From: Trichoplax adhaerens | Lineage: Eukaryota > Animalia > Placozoa | NCBI RefSeq assembly: GCF_000150275.1 | Contig: NW_002060949.1 | Location: 3,912,449-3,976,448 of the forward strand | Direction of reading: 5' to 3' | DNA length: 64,000 bases | Shown here: positions 12,501 through 26,167 of the stretch, in pieces | How positions within the stretch are numbered: the stretch's first letter is position 1 | Layout: every line of letters starts with the position of its first letter | The notes under the pieces: model-generated | Told to the model about the DNA's origin: nothing | The model's database searches: none | Seen by the model: the letters and a program-made list of their open reading frames with translations, nothing else | Made by a program: the position numbers and the translations under genes

Positions 12501-14819
12501 AGATGTCAATAGCATTATAGACATCATCTGGACTATCACTACGGTACATAGAAATGGATAATTGCATTTCGTGAACGGCATAACAGTAATACAAGTTAAA
12601 TTTAAATCTACGATACATGTAATTCATGCTTATAGGATTACGGGATTAATGATATTTACACAATGATAGTCTCAATACTGGACGGAATTATTTTCAATAT
12701 TATCAATTTTTTATCCAGATGGTAAATATTTTTATGAGACTTTTTTATTTCAAACATATCTTTAATCCTTAATGAAGGTACAAAGTAGAATGAGCTAAAC
12801 ACTCAACAATTAATTAAATATTATTAAGTAAAAAATGCTGATAGCTAGCTAGATTTCTGCTATTGAAGAGCTTTACTACTTTGATGAACTTATTCCATGA
12901 AAAACAATTGCCTTCACCTCTGCACAAATCTGCCCACATCAGGAATTTGGCAATTTGCAGTTATATTATATCTAAGCCTTTCAACCAACATTAGGTAATG
13001 ATTTGATACTGTTTAGATGTAAGGTGTTGAATATAGATATGACCACTCAATAAGTAAAGTTAATATTAAGTCACCCTCTAGGCTTACCTATTACAGTAAC
13101 GCTTTTTATTTCTATATCACAAATTCCTAAATGATACCATCATCCAATTATTTTATTCCCTATTAATATGACTATTATACTGTTAACTGTAAATATGGTT
13201 AAATTACTTGTATAGTCTACTTATTACAAATCAGTTGATTTCAATGACTTTCTTGATGATAAAATATCCGCTTTTTATGTACATAACTAGATGTTGTGAT
13301 TCATCATTACATCATCACTCGTCTTGCATCTATCATATTTAGGCTTGTATGACAAGACCTTCTGTCAAATCGATCATTACAACTAAATCATTTATTACAT
13401 ACATCCATTAACAATGATCTATTCCTATATTAACCGAATTGTTCAGCAGCGTTGAATGCTTGATTTATTTTTACTTTTTATTCAATCCTTTGCAATTATC
13501 TGGATATAATTTTTCTATTCATTCCTGACATCAGTTAATCTATGGTAGGAATAAATATTATATAGCATTATTAAAGTACTAGCTATGAACCAACAGCCAT
13601 TTAGTTTTCGTAATATTCTGATCCTGTCTACAATACCCTAAGAATAAGTGACTGGACGTAATATACGTATATAATAGATAAATAGAAGAAAATTTTTCTT
13701 TACTTTAAAAGCTTAATATACTTCATGTAGTGATTTCGTTCGTTTTCTTTGTAGTTATCATAACGTTGCAGCTCTAATGATGATTACTATATAACGTTTT
13801 TCTATCGTTTGCTTTATTGACACTGATAGTTATAGTACTGATTTGGAGGATGATTTATGGAGTCAATACTTTCATTTCTTGATTTTCTCCAGATTTCTAT
13901 GGTGATACAACCCTATTATATTTGCAGTTTCTCACCTATAGTCAATTGATATTAGCAATTAATGCATTATCAAAAAATTGCTTCATTCTATTTCTTTTCT
14001 CATTAGCCTCTTTAGAGTTGTATGTCTTGATCGTAAGGTGTTGTTGTTTTCATTAGCTTTCATAATAAAGTAGAAGTAAATAAATACAGCTTTTTACGAT
14101 AAATCTCAGCATCATATGGATAGCTACGTTACTGTTTATCTATACCCTGTTTTGTATTATTCTTGCATACCATAAAATTCATACGGTATTAAGCAATGTC
14201 GTTCTTATATGATCCTTTAAATATGCCATAATCAATATTACCATTAATGCAAACTTCAAGAAGTTATTAACAATAGCCGTATTATATTGACGTTCTTATA
14301 TTAATAAATTTTTATAGTTTTTCACATTTGCTCTAACTTAGTGAAGCATGTTATAATATCTGAACCTATAATATTTTCTTAGTAACGTAAAAATCTACTT
14401 AGAATATTAAATTTGTAAAAGTTGAAGTGAGTTGTGTGTATATATAAATTAAAAAAGTCCAAGCTAGATGCTATTGAAATAATATTTCAAAAGCTGTGCA
14501 GGTTAAACCGATGATTGTTATTATACATATAATGATTGCACAACAGACGTAGTTTCTAATTTATAGCCCACGCACACAGATTAATCAATATTGTATCTGT
14601 AATAAAATATATACTCGTATTGCATATCAATGCTGTTATTACTGAATAATTCCCATCTATTATTATCTACACTACTGTAAAATAAAATACAATTTTGCTC
14701 GAGATCACCATTTTACGGCTTGCTGGGTACTAGTTGTATTGGATAAAAGCTGAAATTAAAAATTTTTTGACCGCATAAGTTTATGTTCTGGTTACTTTTG
14801 AATGACATTGAACAAGCAA

Positions 14820-15460
14820 TATAAAAAAGAATTTTATACTTTCAAGTATAACTTATGTTCTACTAAAATTCATAAGATCTGAACATACAGCTGTATAGAA
14901 AGTTCATCCTCATGATAGAATTATTATAAAAATTTCTGGGTTTATCTTAATCAATAACAGAGATAGGCAAGTATCTGAGTCGGAAAAGTATACCTCCTAT
15001 TACCCACTGTCTACTGTATGTTCCGAGAGGATAGTAATAGTATGCAATTTGTAATCATAATTAAATAATATAACAAAAGATAGACTCACTCACGTGAATT
15101 AAGAAAGGTACCGGTTGGTTTACGGGTATATTAGTACGTAACAGATATTGAAAGAATAAAGACTTTTACTTTCAAGTATAATTTGTATCAGTAGCTTCTA
15201 GGATCCATGTGAAGCTGATTGACATCTGCTTAGCCACTTTATCTCTATGGCGAGACAACATAAAATTTCTGCTTTAGGTTCTATCAATAACAGATATGGA
15301 AGTATCTGGATAGAAAAACTATACCTTTCCGACCCAGTATAGTCTATATGCTTTATTGTAGGTTTTCATAACAAATTAATAATAATCCATAATTTGCAAT
15401 TGCATTTAATGATATAACTAGGGACAAGCTAGCCCATACGAATTATAAACAGTATTAGTT
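14820..15460. repeat. Diverged two-copy tandem duplication, period about 335 bp
   Basis: Shared blocks TACTTTCAAGTATAA, ATAAAATTTCTG, ATCAATAACAGA and AAGTATCTG recur about 335 bp apart. Confidence 0.7.
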
Positions 15461-16008
15461 GACACTTGATACAAACGATTTAATTATTCTTTAGGCCAAA
15501 AACTGAATCATCAATCTTTCATTCAAGTATTCTATTGCGGATATATTTAATTATGTACCGTATCTAAACTTCATCGGCCTATTGAAAATACTTTTTTCTG
15601 GTAATTTTATAAGGCTATTGATATCGTGACTGCTAGGCTAGTATTGCGAGATAATATTATTCTTAAGTATTAATGTCTTTAACTATTCATAATTTTTGAC
15701 AGCTATCTCGTATCGTCGTACCGGTATTTGATAGATTGATATGATACGGCATAGATATGTTTATTAGTTAACTACGTTACACTGTAAAGGGGCATCTCAA
15801 GAATATGATCGAAATGTTAGATAAGATGCACGTACTCGTACTAATGATAGAGTATATAACGAGCAGGAAAAAATAAATAAAGGGGTTATTTTTTATCTTT
15901 AATTTTGACCACCTTAAGAAAGACTGAAGATTATTTATTGCAGACTCAGCGCGATTCAGCATACTTCAGAAAATATTCAAGCTGAATCACGACATTTGAT
16001 AGTACTGA

Positions 16009-17137
16009 GAATAGCCCTAGTTAACAATTCTACTTTCTATTTGATTAAGAATTAAGTGCAAGTATCTGTTTTCTGTCATTGTATCTAATGAAAGTTCTAT
16101 TTATTAGATATGATCATCAAATACATATTTAACGATATCCGTATTTACACAATAATAGAAAAAGCAAGAGATAAGCTACAAGCTCTTAGTAGTATTATGA
16201 ATAGCCCTTGCTAACAATCCTACTTTTTATTTGATTAGAAATTGATTTCAAGCATCAGTTTTCAGACATTGTGCCTACTGCAAGTTCTATTTATTAGGTA
16301 TGATTATCATCGAATACATATTTAATGGTATACGTATTTGTACGACGGAAGAAAAAACAAGAGACGAACTATATGCTCTTATTATTAATATGAAAAGCCC
16401 TTGTTAATAATTTTACTTTCTATTTAATTAGAAAATGAGTCCAAGAGTCAGTTTTCTGACATTGTACCTATTACAAGTTGTATTTACTAGATTTGATCAT
16501 CAAATACATATTTAAAGGCATACATATTTATATAATAAAGGAAAAAAAAGAGGAGATGAGCTATAAGCTCTTGATAATATTATGAATAGCTCTCGTTAAT
16601 AATTTCACTTTTTATTAGATTAGGAATTAAGTTCAAATATCCGTTTTCTGATATTGTACTGATTATAAGCTCTATTTATTAGATTTGATCATCAAATACA
16701 TATTTAATGGTATACATATTTGTATAATAATAGAAATAAAAACAAGAGACGAACTACATGCTCTTGGTAGCATTATGAACAGCCCTTGCTAACAATTCTA
16801 CTTTCTATTTGATTAGAAATTGAATATAAGTATCAGTTTTCTGACACTGTACCTAATGCAAGCTCTATTTATTAGATATGATCATCAAATACATATTCAG
16901 TGATATACGTATTCGTATAATAGTAGAAAAACAAGAGGCGAGGTACATGCTCTTAGAGGTATATGAATAGCTCTAGTTAACAATTCTACTTTCTACTTGA
17001 TTAGAAATTGAGTACAAGTATCAGTTTCTGATATTGTGCTTGTACAAGTTCTATTTATTAGATATGATGATCATCAAATAAATATTTCATGGTGTACATA
17101 TTTCATAGAATAATGAAAGAGAAATAAGAGATGAACT
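16009..17137. repeat. Tandem repeat array, about 6 copies of about 190 bp
   Basis: Recurring GAATAGCCCT...AACAATTCTACTTTCTATTTGATT...AGTTCTATTTATTAGATATGATCATCAAATACATATTT...AAGAGA. Copies start near 16009, 16199, 16391, 16584, 16776 and 16965. Confidence 0.9.
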
Positions 17138-20100
17138 AATTTGTAAATAAAATGCGAAAGAGACAAAACACTATGCTAACTTACAGTGATTCTTCATTAA
17201 CTATACGAGTTTCTATTTTATCTTATAAGTTTACAATCATAGTTATGCTGATACTGCGTCGTATACTGTATGCCAAATATTGTCGCCCCCCAAAAGTTAT
17301 ACACAGGTATTATGGCTTTCTTCTCCATAGAATCAAGTCCTTTTCAATGCGCATTATTTGGCAATATTACACCACCAGTGGCACTCTAAATTCCATTCTA
17401 TTTCATAAGTTTACGCTTTAACCAGCATACAGTTATTCCGTTTATTCCAATGCCTAATTATAAGGTTCAAACTTTAGATAGGCGTCGCTGATTTTCCGAT
17501 GGCCCATGTCTTCGATATACTAGAGATATGGTTTGCAGTACCTGCTTTGGTAAATATTTATCATCCAGTCTCAGCCAACATTACTATAATGCAAATCAAC
17601 CTCTTAACCTAAAATAATCTAAGGTTAATATACAGCAGACACAGCATTGATACACAAAAGTATTTGAAAAGAATTACATCATGGGATAATTTAGAGAGAG
17701 AATAAAGTAAAAATTACTCGTTATTGTGACTATACCAAGTCTTGATTTCAAATCATCCAGATGTCATATTACGCCGATGGGCTTATTCAGCAGGTGGAAT
17801 AGGATAAAGAATCAAGATATTGACTCATATCCAATGGTAGAGAATATCCTGTAAATTAATCATTGTCCGGCTAAGATAAAAGATAAACTAAAGGTAGGTA
17901 GAACGAGTGTTATTGACTTTTTCCGACACACCATCAATCAGTAATTGCCTTTTGAACTATTATATTTTATTGCGACTCCATCGCCATCTCTACAGGTAGT
18001 GAAAGTTGAAAATTATGAAATTACATCATGTCACTGAATAACGTTAACACCCTCTTGGCTATTCTATCTTGCAGTCAATTTTAAATACCAGTATGTTATT
18101 GAATGTCAATGGAGCATTTGCACTATTATCCATCGGTCTCAATAACTTGCTTTGATCGTAACTTATTAATTAAACTAGGTATTGTTGACGAGAACAAGCC
18201 CAATTTTGATCCTGTATGTTTTTGTCGCTATTATTGATTGTTTTATTATGATAAAGACAACATCATTATTAACTAATGCTAAATGATTTCTTTATCCATG
18301 AAAGACATGATGAATAGAAGATGAGGAGAGAGTTAGAAAATTGCTAGATGATCACGTTTAATTAATCCTTCCTCCTATTCTAAGCTAAGACTATCAAATT
18401 ATGCCAATTAATAAATGTTTGCAATGAGAATGATAACAGTTTGGCTAACATGAGCGATTAAAAAGTAAAAATGATTTTATTCCAAGATGCATTTATAGCT
18501 AATCGAGGATTGCAGTTGGATATTAGTTATGGCGATAAACTGGCGAGTGAATTATACTGTAGAGTTATTGATTTTCTATTTAGCGGCCTTAAATGATTGC
18601 TAACTCGTTGATGTATTAATCATCGAGCATTAGAGCGTACTAGACTGAGATTAATTGGATTAAAAGACGATCCATTGACAGATTGACTCCAAGCGTGACT
18701 CCATTTAGCAAGCCTAAAACGATTGCTATCCTATTCTATATCATTGAGAATTTCGACATGTAGAATGGAAATGATTGGACTAACAATAATAATTGCTATC
18801 GCTATACTCTATCATAGAGCAATATAATAAGTTAAATTAAAAGACGATGAGCTGATCGACCAAGTCACAGCGTCGTTTAATTCATGAAGCCTATCCTATT
18901 GACTTTCTTCTTCTCTATTCGAGAATTCTATATCGAGTAGAATTAAATAGTGACGAATTGATAAACTGAATTAAGCGATTTATCAAGCTTAACTTGAGTG
19001 CTATTCCATTCTCTATCACGAACACTAAAGTACTTAGTATTACAGCGAATAAAATTCTGAATGATATCTGTAGATCAACAAGAATAAGTGCAAAAGAAGA
19101 TATCCAGTAGAATGTATTTTGTATCGCTAGGATGCTGTTTACATCATACTATTTTTGTTTGGTTTTCTTTTCTATCCATTGTACTTTGGTTCTTGTTGAA
19201 TTCTGTATCCTATCTAGCATGAAATAAATTATTCTAATTAATCTGCTCGTATACAAAAACAAAATGCTTTGAATAGGACTCATCTTACTTCCAATTTATA
19301 CAGTCATAAAATCCTGAAGTTAATTACAAAATGATACCCACAGACCTTGACCTACTTCACCAATCAGTCTATTCTATAAGCATGCCTATAAGTCAGCATA
19401 AGAAGTTTATCTTTTAATGCTGACATGAGAAAAATAAAGGAAAAGTTGACTATACTATTCTAATTGCTGACGAATTAACAGAATTGAACAATAGTTGGAT
19501 GTCGTAATTTCCTCTGCAGTTTGAACATCTGTCATAGGAGATTTCTATATAAGCCTTCAGCTAAGTAAGAGTTGAAAACATTGACAACAATTCAAAATAT
19601 AATCCAGTCCTATTAATTGATCGAGCAAAGATTGCACGATTTTAGTGGATAAAGTAGAAATTGGATTTTTTTCTTTGACTATAGAAACCTATCTTCAACG
19701 GTTTACGAGTCAATACGACCACTACATTAATCTATCTCTAGAGTTTAGTTGCATCCAAGAGTGAAAATTAATAATATCAAGCACAGATTGCTTATGCACG
19801 CTATTACATAGGCTAATCCTAGATCAAGCATAGTGGTGGCGGATTCGTATCTTGTTTTTTAACCTTGGTAGCCAAAGAGATAGACTAAAACTTAGTCCAA
19901 GCGTTTGACAATTGAATATCAAAGTAGATGACTATTATGACGATAATGTACGCGTATCCCTATGCTATTTTCATATCCAGCTGTGGCTTACTGGTTGCGG
20001 CCTTGACTACTGTTGGATTTATTTCATCTTCCCTTCAACTAACTACTGCTGCCTGCTATTTTACCACATCCATCACGGTAAGCCTATCTACTGAAGATTG

Positions 20101-20919
20101 ACATTAAGTGCTATCTTGTCATCTTGTATTCGTTTCTACAATTACTTTTAATAAAAATAAAAATGCAATGTAAAATTTTCCATTTAAATACCAAAGCCAT
20201 TGGCACAACACAGGAATGAAAGTAATTCCAGAGCTTTGCTAGTGATCATTCTTTGTATGATTGCTACTTGGTCAATATTGACTTGCTTAATCTTGATCCC
20301 AAAGTAACCATACTATCTAAAATTATCTTAACCTGTCATGGATGAGATATTCTAAAATCATTCATTTTATCCAAACTAGAATTGTTTATCATAGTTATCA
20401 TCTTATACTGTGTTCTATCGCTACACGTAATTAAAATTAGCCGTCAGATATGATATTATGCCTCTTGCACAAAGCTAGTTCGATCTCATGTGATTTTAAA
20501 TTTATAATCATTGGTTTTGTGAAGCTAATTCTACTCTTTCAGCAGAGATATTTCATTTTTAATTGGAGAAATTTCTTTTCTTGATTCGATATTTCTCAAA
20601 TACATGAAGAAGCTGACGTCAAGAGTTTAAAAAAAGCTTCACTTTAATATCTAGTATACCATTTGCGAAATACTCTTTAATGAATTAGAATAGCCAAGAT
20701 TAACCGCTTATAAAAATAGTTCGAGAAATGCTTTCTATGATAAATTATTAAAGTCCTATTTAAAGATCAAAGCACTAACTGTGTAATAGAATCCCGTTTT
20801 ACTGAGGTGTTATCCATTTAGAATATGCTTTCTCAATAGAAATGAAGAATACTTTCGATAGAAGCGGGAGTCAATGTTCTCCTTTACCCCGCAAAAATAA
20901 TTTCTACCTTCATTGTCTT

Positions 20920-21610
20920 ACACCTTGTAAAAATTTCTCATCCAGTTCTACTTCGTCGACCTTGTGGTCTATTTACGAAATAAGAAATATTCAATTTTAC
21001 GCATAAAGATCATAGCCATTGCATGATGGTTGTAAGAAAAAGAATCTCCGAAATTGTTAACGTCGATCAAGAATTGGACAAACGACATCCAGTCCAATTT
21101 CATTCTTAGTTTCTTCTAAAAATACCACTAAATAATGCCCGCACTAACTCATTTGTATCACAAACTTTGAATGGTTGACTAACAGAAGTAATCATTACTC
21201 AAGGATAGCCAAGTAGTGCCGAATCATGAATATCTATTCTACCCCCCAATAAAATCTTAATTTGTTGTTTTGAGTTTATTAGGGCATGCACAATTTACAT
21301 CCAATTTCTTCTCTGTTTTTAGTTCCTTCCACCAAAAAAAACAAGTTATCAAATCATATCCGCATTATCGATCTTCATTATATTGTCAAAATATTCATAT
21401 TCTGTTGTAAATATTAATAAAATATCCAATTTTTCTTAGTCAAATATCAAAATACGATATTTCTGTATCCAATAGATTGCAGTTCCATGCTAATTTATCC
21501 TAATGAGTGCATCATTCCCCACTGCAAGTCGACCTCCTCCACTATCCCTACTCTACACTTGGATACTATATTGTACCATGATTTTGAAAATAATTCCTTC
21601 TCTATCTAAC
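20920..21610 (-). pseudogene. Possible NACHT-NTPase relic
   Basis: Broken minus-strand frames give RVGIV..., LVFLVEG (Walker B-like) and KILLGG...YP*VMITS (sensor-1 ITSR-like) in NACHT order. There are many stops and no intact Walker A. Confidence 0.25.
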
Positions 21611-22156
21611 ATAAATCAGTATTGACTGCTGTTAGAACTCAATAAGCCATGTTGTAAATTAATCGACAGCAGTCTATCGTAATCCATGTCTTGGATCTTA
21701 CCGATATCCTATAATGATTTATTAACACGGCTTTGCAATACCGGATAGACATTCAATTGGATTTACATGCTTTCTGAATGCATCTTCTTTTTCCTTCTAC
21801 ATCGATACTTAAGTAAGATAGTCTAGAGCCTGTTCTAGAAGAATAATAACGTTTCCACATTTTCAGCTGATTTATTGAATGTCGTATCCTGCTTTTTTAT
21901 TCCATTACAACTGAAAATTATTCTACTATAGTGGGCTTAGTATTGCTAGTAGGTAACTATTGAATCTAGTTTGCATTTTTTCGCGAGCAACAAATGGTAT
22001 TGAAACGGATAGAACTCATCAATGTACGGATACAATAGTCAAGAAAAACAAGGTTTCAATTCTCATTTTGTTCCAATATCCAAATTTCTTATGTCAATAT
22101 TGATTTAGTTGAATGGGTCTGCCAGCTTGAGAGAATTAATTTAGCTTTAAGATACG

Positions 22157-22850
22157 GCGATGGACTACTCAATTATTCTCGCAGTATTTGAACAGTTTAT
22201 TATATAGCCTAATACAAGAAATACTTGCTTGAATGCAATCCTTGGTCCTGAAATGATGTCAGTGATAGACTACTCAATTATCCTAGTGGTATCTCGATAA
22301 TTCATGATAAAGACTAATTCAAGGGGTAGTTGTTGGAATGCAATCCTCGATCATTAGACGATATCATTAATAATATAGCAATGGACTAATCGATTATACT
22401 AGTCGTATTTGAACACTTCATGATATAGACTAGTACAAGAACTATTTGGTTGAATGCAATCCTCGATCGTGAGACGATATCGTTGAGGACAATGTATTGA
22501 ACTATTCAGTTTCTTCGTAGTATTTTAGTAGTTCATGATATAGTCTAATACTAGAGATCGTTACTTAAGTGCAATCCTCTATCATTAGACGATGTCAGCG
22601 ATGGACTACCCAATTATCCTGGTAATATTTTAAGGAATTTATGATATTGCATTCTCGGATGATATCATCGATGATATTGCGATATACTATCCTATTATCC
22701 TTACAGTATTCTAACATTTTATGATATCGCATCCTTGGACGATATGATCGATGATATTGTAATAGACTGTTCAATTACTCACGTAATATTTGAACAATTT
22801 ATGATATAACCTAACTCTAGAAATAGTTGCTTGAATACAATCCTCTATGA
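22157..22850. repeat. Degenerate tandem repeat, about 7 copies of 80-115 bp
   Basis: Recurring GATGGACTACTCAATTAT...GTATTTGAACA...ATGATATAG...TGAATGCAATCCT...GACGATATC. Confidence 0.85.
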
Positions 22851-23409
22851 AATCATGAGATAATATCCACTGCAATAGCAGCATTTACTTTCAATTCCGT
22901 CAGGGATCAATATTTCAAAGTCGTTTTTTTACACCTTGGTTGGTCGTTAGGATTAACCTATTCGAGGTGCTACGTATCATTTCTTGAAAATCAACACCGA
23001 CCATTGCAGGTACAATTGAAATATTGGAAAAAAACAGGAAATGATACATTAAAAAAACTTCTTGCCAGTGACATACACAACATTTCTTTTCCGTTGTAGT
23101 ATCAATGGAGACCAATGTCCATTATCCATTTATTACTTTATTACCTATTCTAGTAGAAAGTGAAAAATGAAAAACTTTGAAAATACTTCCCACGTGGGAA
23201 TATAGGTCGGAAGTAATTGTTGAATTCAGTACTTTCATTATTATTATTTCTAAATTTCTAGTAATACTGAAGATTGAATACAAATAGAAAATTATGCTTG
23301 TCAAAGGCCCTATTTCATTTTGGAGGGTATAATCAAATTGGTTCAAAGGCGCATTGTAATAAGATATCACACAGTAGCAATTTGAAATATTTCAGTGTCC
23401 TGCAAAGTT

Positions 23410-23870
23410 CGAAATGGGAGGATAAAATATTTCCATTTCTCTACCTTTTCAACGGTTTCTTCATCATCAGTAGTAGATTATGGACATAAAATCAAGCCTA
23501 TCAAATGGAATAGAGAATTTATATCCACTATTGATCGTTGTCTACTAAGATACTTCATTAAAAGTGTTTTCAGCCAGTAGGATAGTTAAAATATCTTGAT
23601 GACAATAGATAGATACTGGCCTGTGTCTATCTGACAGTAAACACGAAATAATTTCTACCATAAATAGGAGGATAAAACGGTTCCATTTCTCTAGCTTTTT
23701 TAACAGTTTTTTCATCATGACCCATAAGTAGGAGACTTTAAGGACATAAAATTAAGCCTATGAAATAGAATGGAGAACTGGTATCCATCATTGATCGTTG
23801 TCTACCATGATACTATATTAAAACTGTTTTCAATCGTTAGGAAAGTTAAGACATCTTGATGACCGTGAAC
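23410..23870. repeat. Two-copy tandem duplication, period about 255 bp
   Basis: GGAGGATAAAA...CCATTTCTCTA...GGACATAAAAT...ATTGATCGTTGTCTAC...ATCTTGATGAC occurs near 23417 and near 23667. Confidence 0.85.
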
Positions 23871-24428
23871 TTTGAAATGATTTCTGCCATGAATCGGTGA
23901 AGCAAGACAGTAGGACGGCAAACCTGTCTGCATCCATCAGTCAACATCGACAAATGAGTAGTTTATTTGCAAAGTCAGGAGAGATCTTAACACGCAATGA
24001 GGAGCTTTCAATCGAATAAGAACTAAAGAAAGATTACATGCACACGGTTGTCAAATTGAATAGAAATAGATTAAACTCAAAAGATGAATAACTCTAGTAA
24101 TAGTAAATGTCGTCCAATTCAAATCTAGACGACATAATGTAGGAGTTGCAGTTGTTAAAATAATTTTCATTGTTTATGTAAAATCTTTCACTTTCGCCTA
24201 TTCCTATACAATCTCGTATAGGAACGCAAAGATACAAGTGAAAAAAAAGAAATTAATAGTCGTAATGTCGGTTCTCTAGAGGAAATAGATTACTCAAGCT
24301 AGCTTCTAGTTTTGAGAATTTGTGTTATGATGTGCAATGAATTGACGTATGAATGATTCCATAAAATAGAAAATATTCATTTTATTTTTGGCTCCTACAT
24401 TTTATGAGGTGAAAAGGGAAGGGAAAAT

Positions 24429-25200
24429 GGCCAGTATAGTAGCGGGTTAGCCTTGCATTTAAATGAAATAGAGAGTTAGGACGCTCAGTTTAGTCTATGG
24501 TAATATCGACAAGGAATAATAAAATAAAAAAATGGATTTCTACGTGATAATAGCTTCACGTTTCCAAAAATTTGGCATAGTTAGACCCTCGGCTGTTGAT
24601 GGTAGACATTCTTAATGACATTGGTTCATAAATTAGTCAAATTTATAGCACAATTTTAGAGAAAAATGAAGGATGTTAAGATCACAGCTAATTTAAAAAT
24701 ATATATAAGATAGAAACTAAATTTTTTCTACGTGATAATGACTCTATATTCTAAAAAATTTGACTTATAAAGACCGTAGCTTGACGATGGTAGACAGTTA
24801 TTAATGATATAGGTTTATAAATTAGTAAAGCTTATAGAGCAATTTTGGAGAAAAATGAGGGATTTTAACATCACAGCTAATTAAAAAAATATGCAGCTTA
24901 AAAGCTAAATTTATTCTACCTAATATCGGCTCCTTGTTCGTAAATTATGGCATAGTTAGACCCTAGATTGATGGTGGCATAGTGGTAGGCATCTGTTAAC
25001 GATATCGGCTAATAAATAGATCGAAAATTTATAGTACAATTTTGGATAAAAACGAGGGATCTTAAGGTCAAAGCCAATTGAAAAGAAACTATGTAGGATA
25101 AAAACTGAATTTGTTAATGATAAAAGGTGGTTATAATTTCCAATAACAAAGAGTAGTAGAATATGAAAGGTCAAAAAATGATTAGCCCGCTATCCTAGCC
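24429..25200. mobile_element. Putative non-autonomous DNA transposon (MITE/foldback-like) with imperfect TIRs and 3 internal repeats of about 190 bp
   Basis: Left end GGCCAGTATAGTAGCGGGTTAG versus reverse complement of the right end GGCTAGGATAGCGGGCTAA. Internal repeats (TTCTACGTGATAAT...GGCATAGTTAGACC...CAATTTTGGA...TCACAGCTAATT) span about 24520-25095. No clear TSD. Confidence 0.4.
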
Positions 25201-26167
25201 TCTTATTATTAACAGTAAGTATTAGATACGTATATATTGATAAAATGAAGTTATTTGTGGGTGGCACAAATTTTTATTATCGGATATAGAAATGGATTTT
25301 ACAGGCAAGAATCATCTGTTCTTCAGCCTTATATTACGTAATCTCATTTCCTTCATGAAGAGTTGTTAGCAAATAAGAACATAACAAGAGTTCGTCAGAA
25401 TGAGATAAAAGATTTCAATATGATGAACATCTTCAGAATGCAAGAAGCTAACGCACGGATAGATTAGCAGTGTTGGATTTTGCTATCTATATTAATTACC
25501 ATAAGTGATTGCAAAATGACCAAAATCTTTACTATCTTAGCCTAGTATTTTACTAAATATCGGTATTACAAATATCAGATTACAGAGACCAAGTTCAATA
25601 GATTTCAATATGATGAAGATTTTCATCATGTAAGAAGCTAATGGATGTATAAATTACCAAGATGAGTTTTTTTACCATATATAATTGTATATCAATTTAA
25701 GTAACTGCCATATAAAATTCACAGTAATCTAAACGTTGTTAGATAATAATAGGCTGTTTTATTACATTTGTTGAGAGATCAGTGTCAAGACCAGAGATTG
25801 AAGAATTCGATTATAATAATTAAAAACTTGGCTTATATACAACGATCTTATGCATTAGTGATTCGCACCACACATTACATATTATACACTAGTGATTACT
25901 TTATTAGATACGGTTAGTGACGTTAACACAATTAAGATAGGGTCTCTGTACTAATATAATCCTTCTGTACTGACGTTAATAACTATTTTTATCAATTAAT
26001 GTTACAATAACGAAATATTTTTAGTATGCAAAATCATGTCTATCTTAGGCTAGAGTCTTACTAAATATCGTTATTAGAAATATTAGATTAGCGAGACCAA
26101 GATCAACAGTATCCTATCTTAATAGTTAATCGATGCATAACTATAAGCGATCTATTTTCATTTGCAG

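Larger units (their letters stand above)
9796..20303 (+). pseudogene. Degenerate class C GPCR (GPR158/GABA-B-like) locus 1
   Basis: Phase-compatible exons 9796-9913, 10222-10268 and 10517 onward. A TM3-like segment IWIATLLFIYTLFCIILAYHKIHTV lies near 14110-14190. Exons 19981-20077 and 20197-20303 give TM6/TM7 ending ...WSILTCLILIPK, the class C TM7 'PK' signature. In-frame stops and frameshifts occur in the intervening exon-like blocks. Confidence 0.4.

Noticed and set aside
22915-23580. Short ORFs around the 255-bp duplication
   Set aside because: Possibly a gene relic, but no family could be assigned and the frames are broken.
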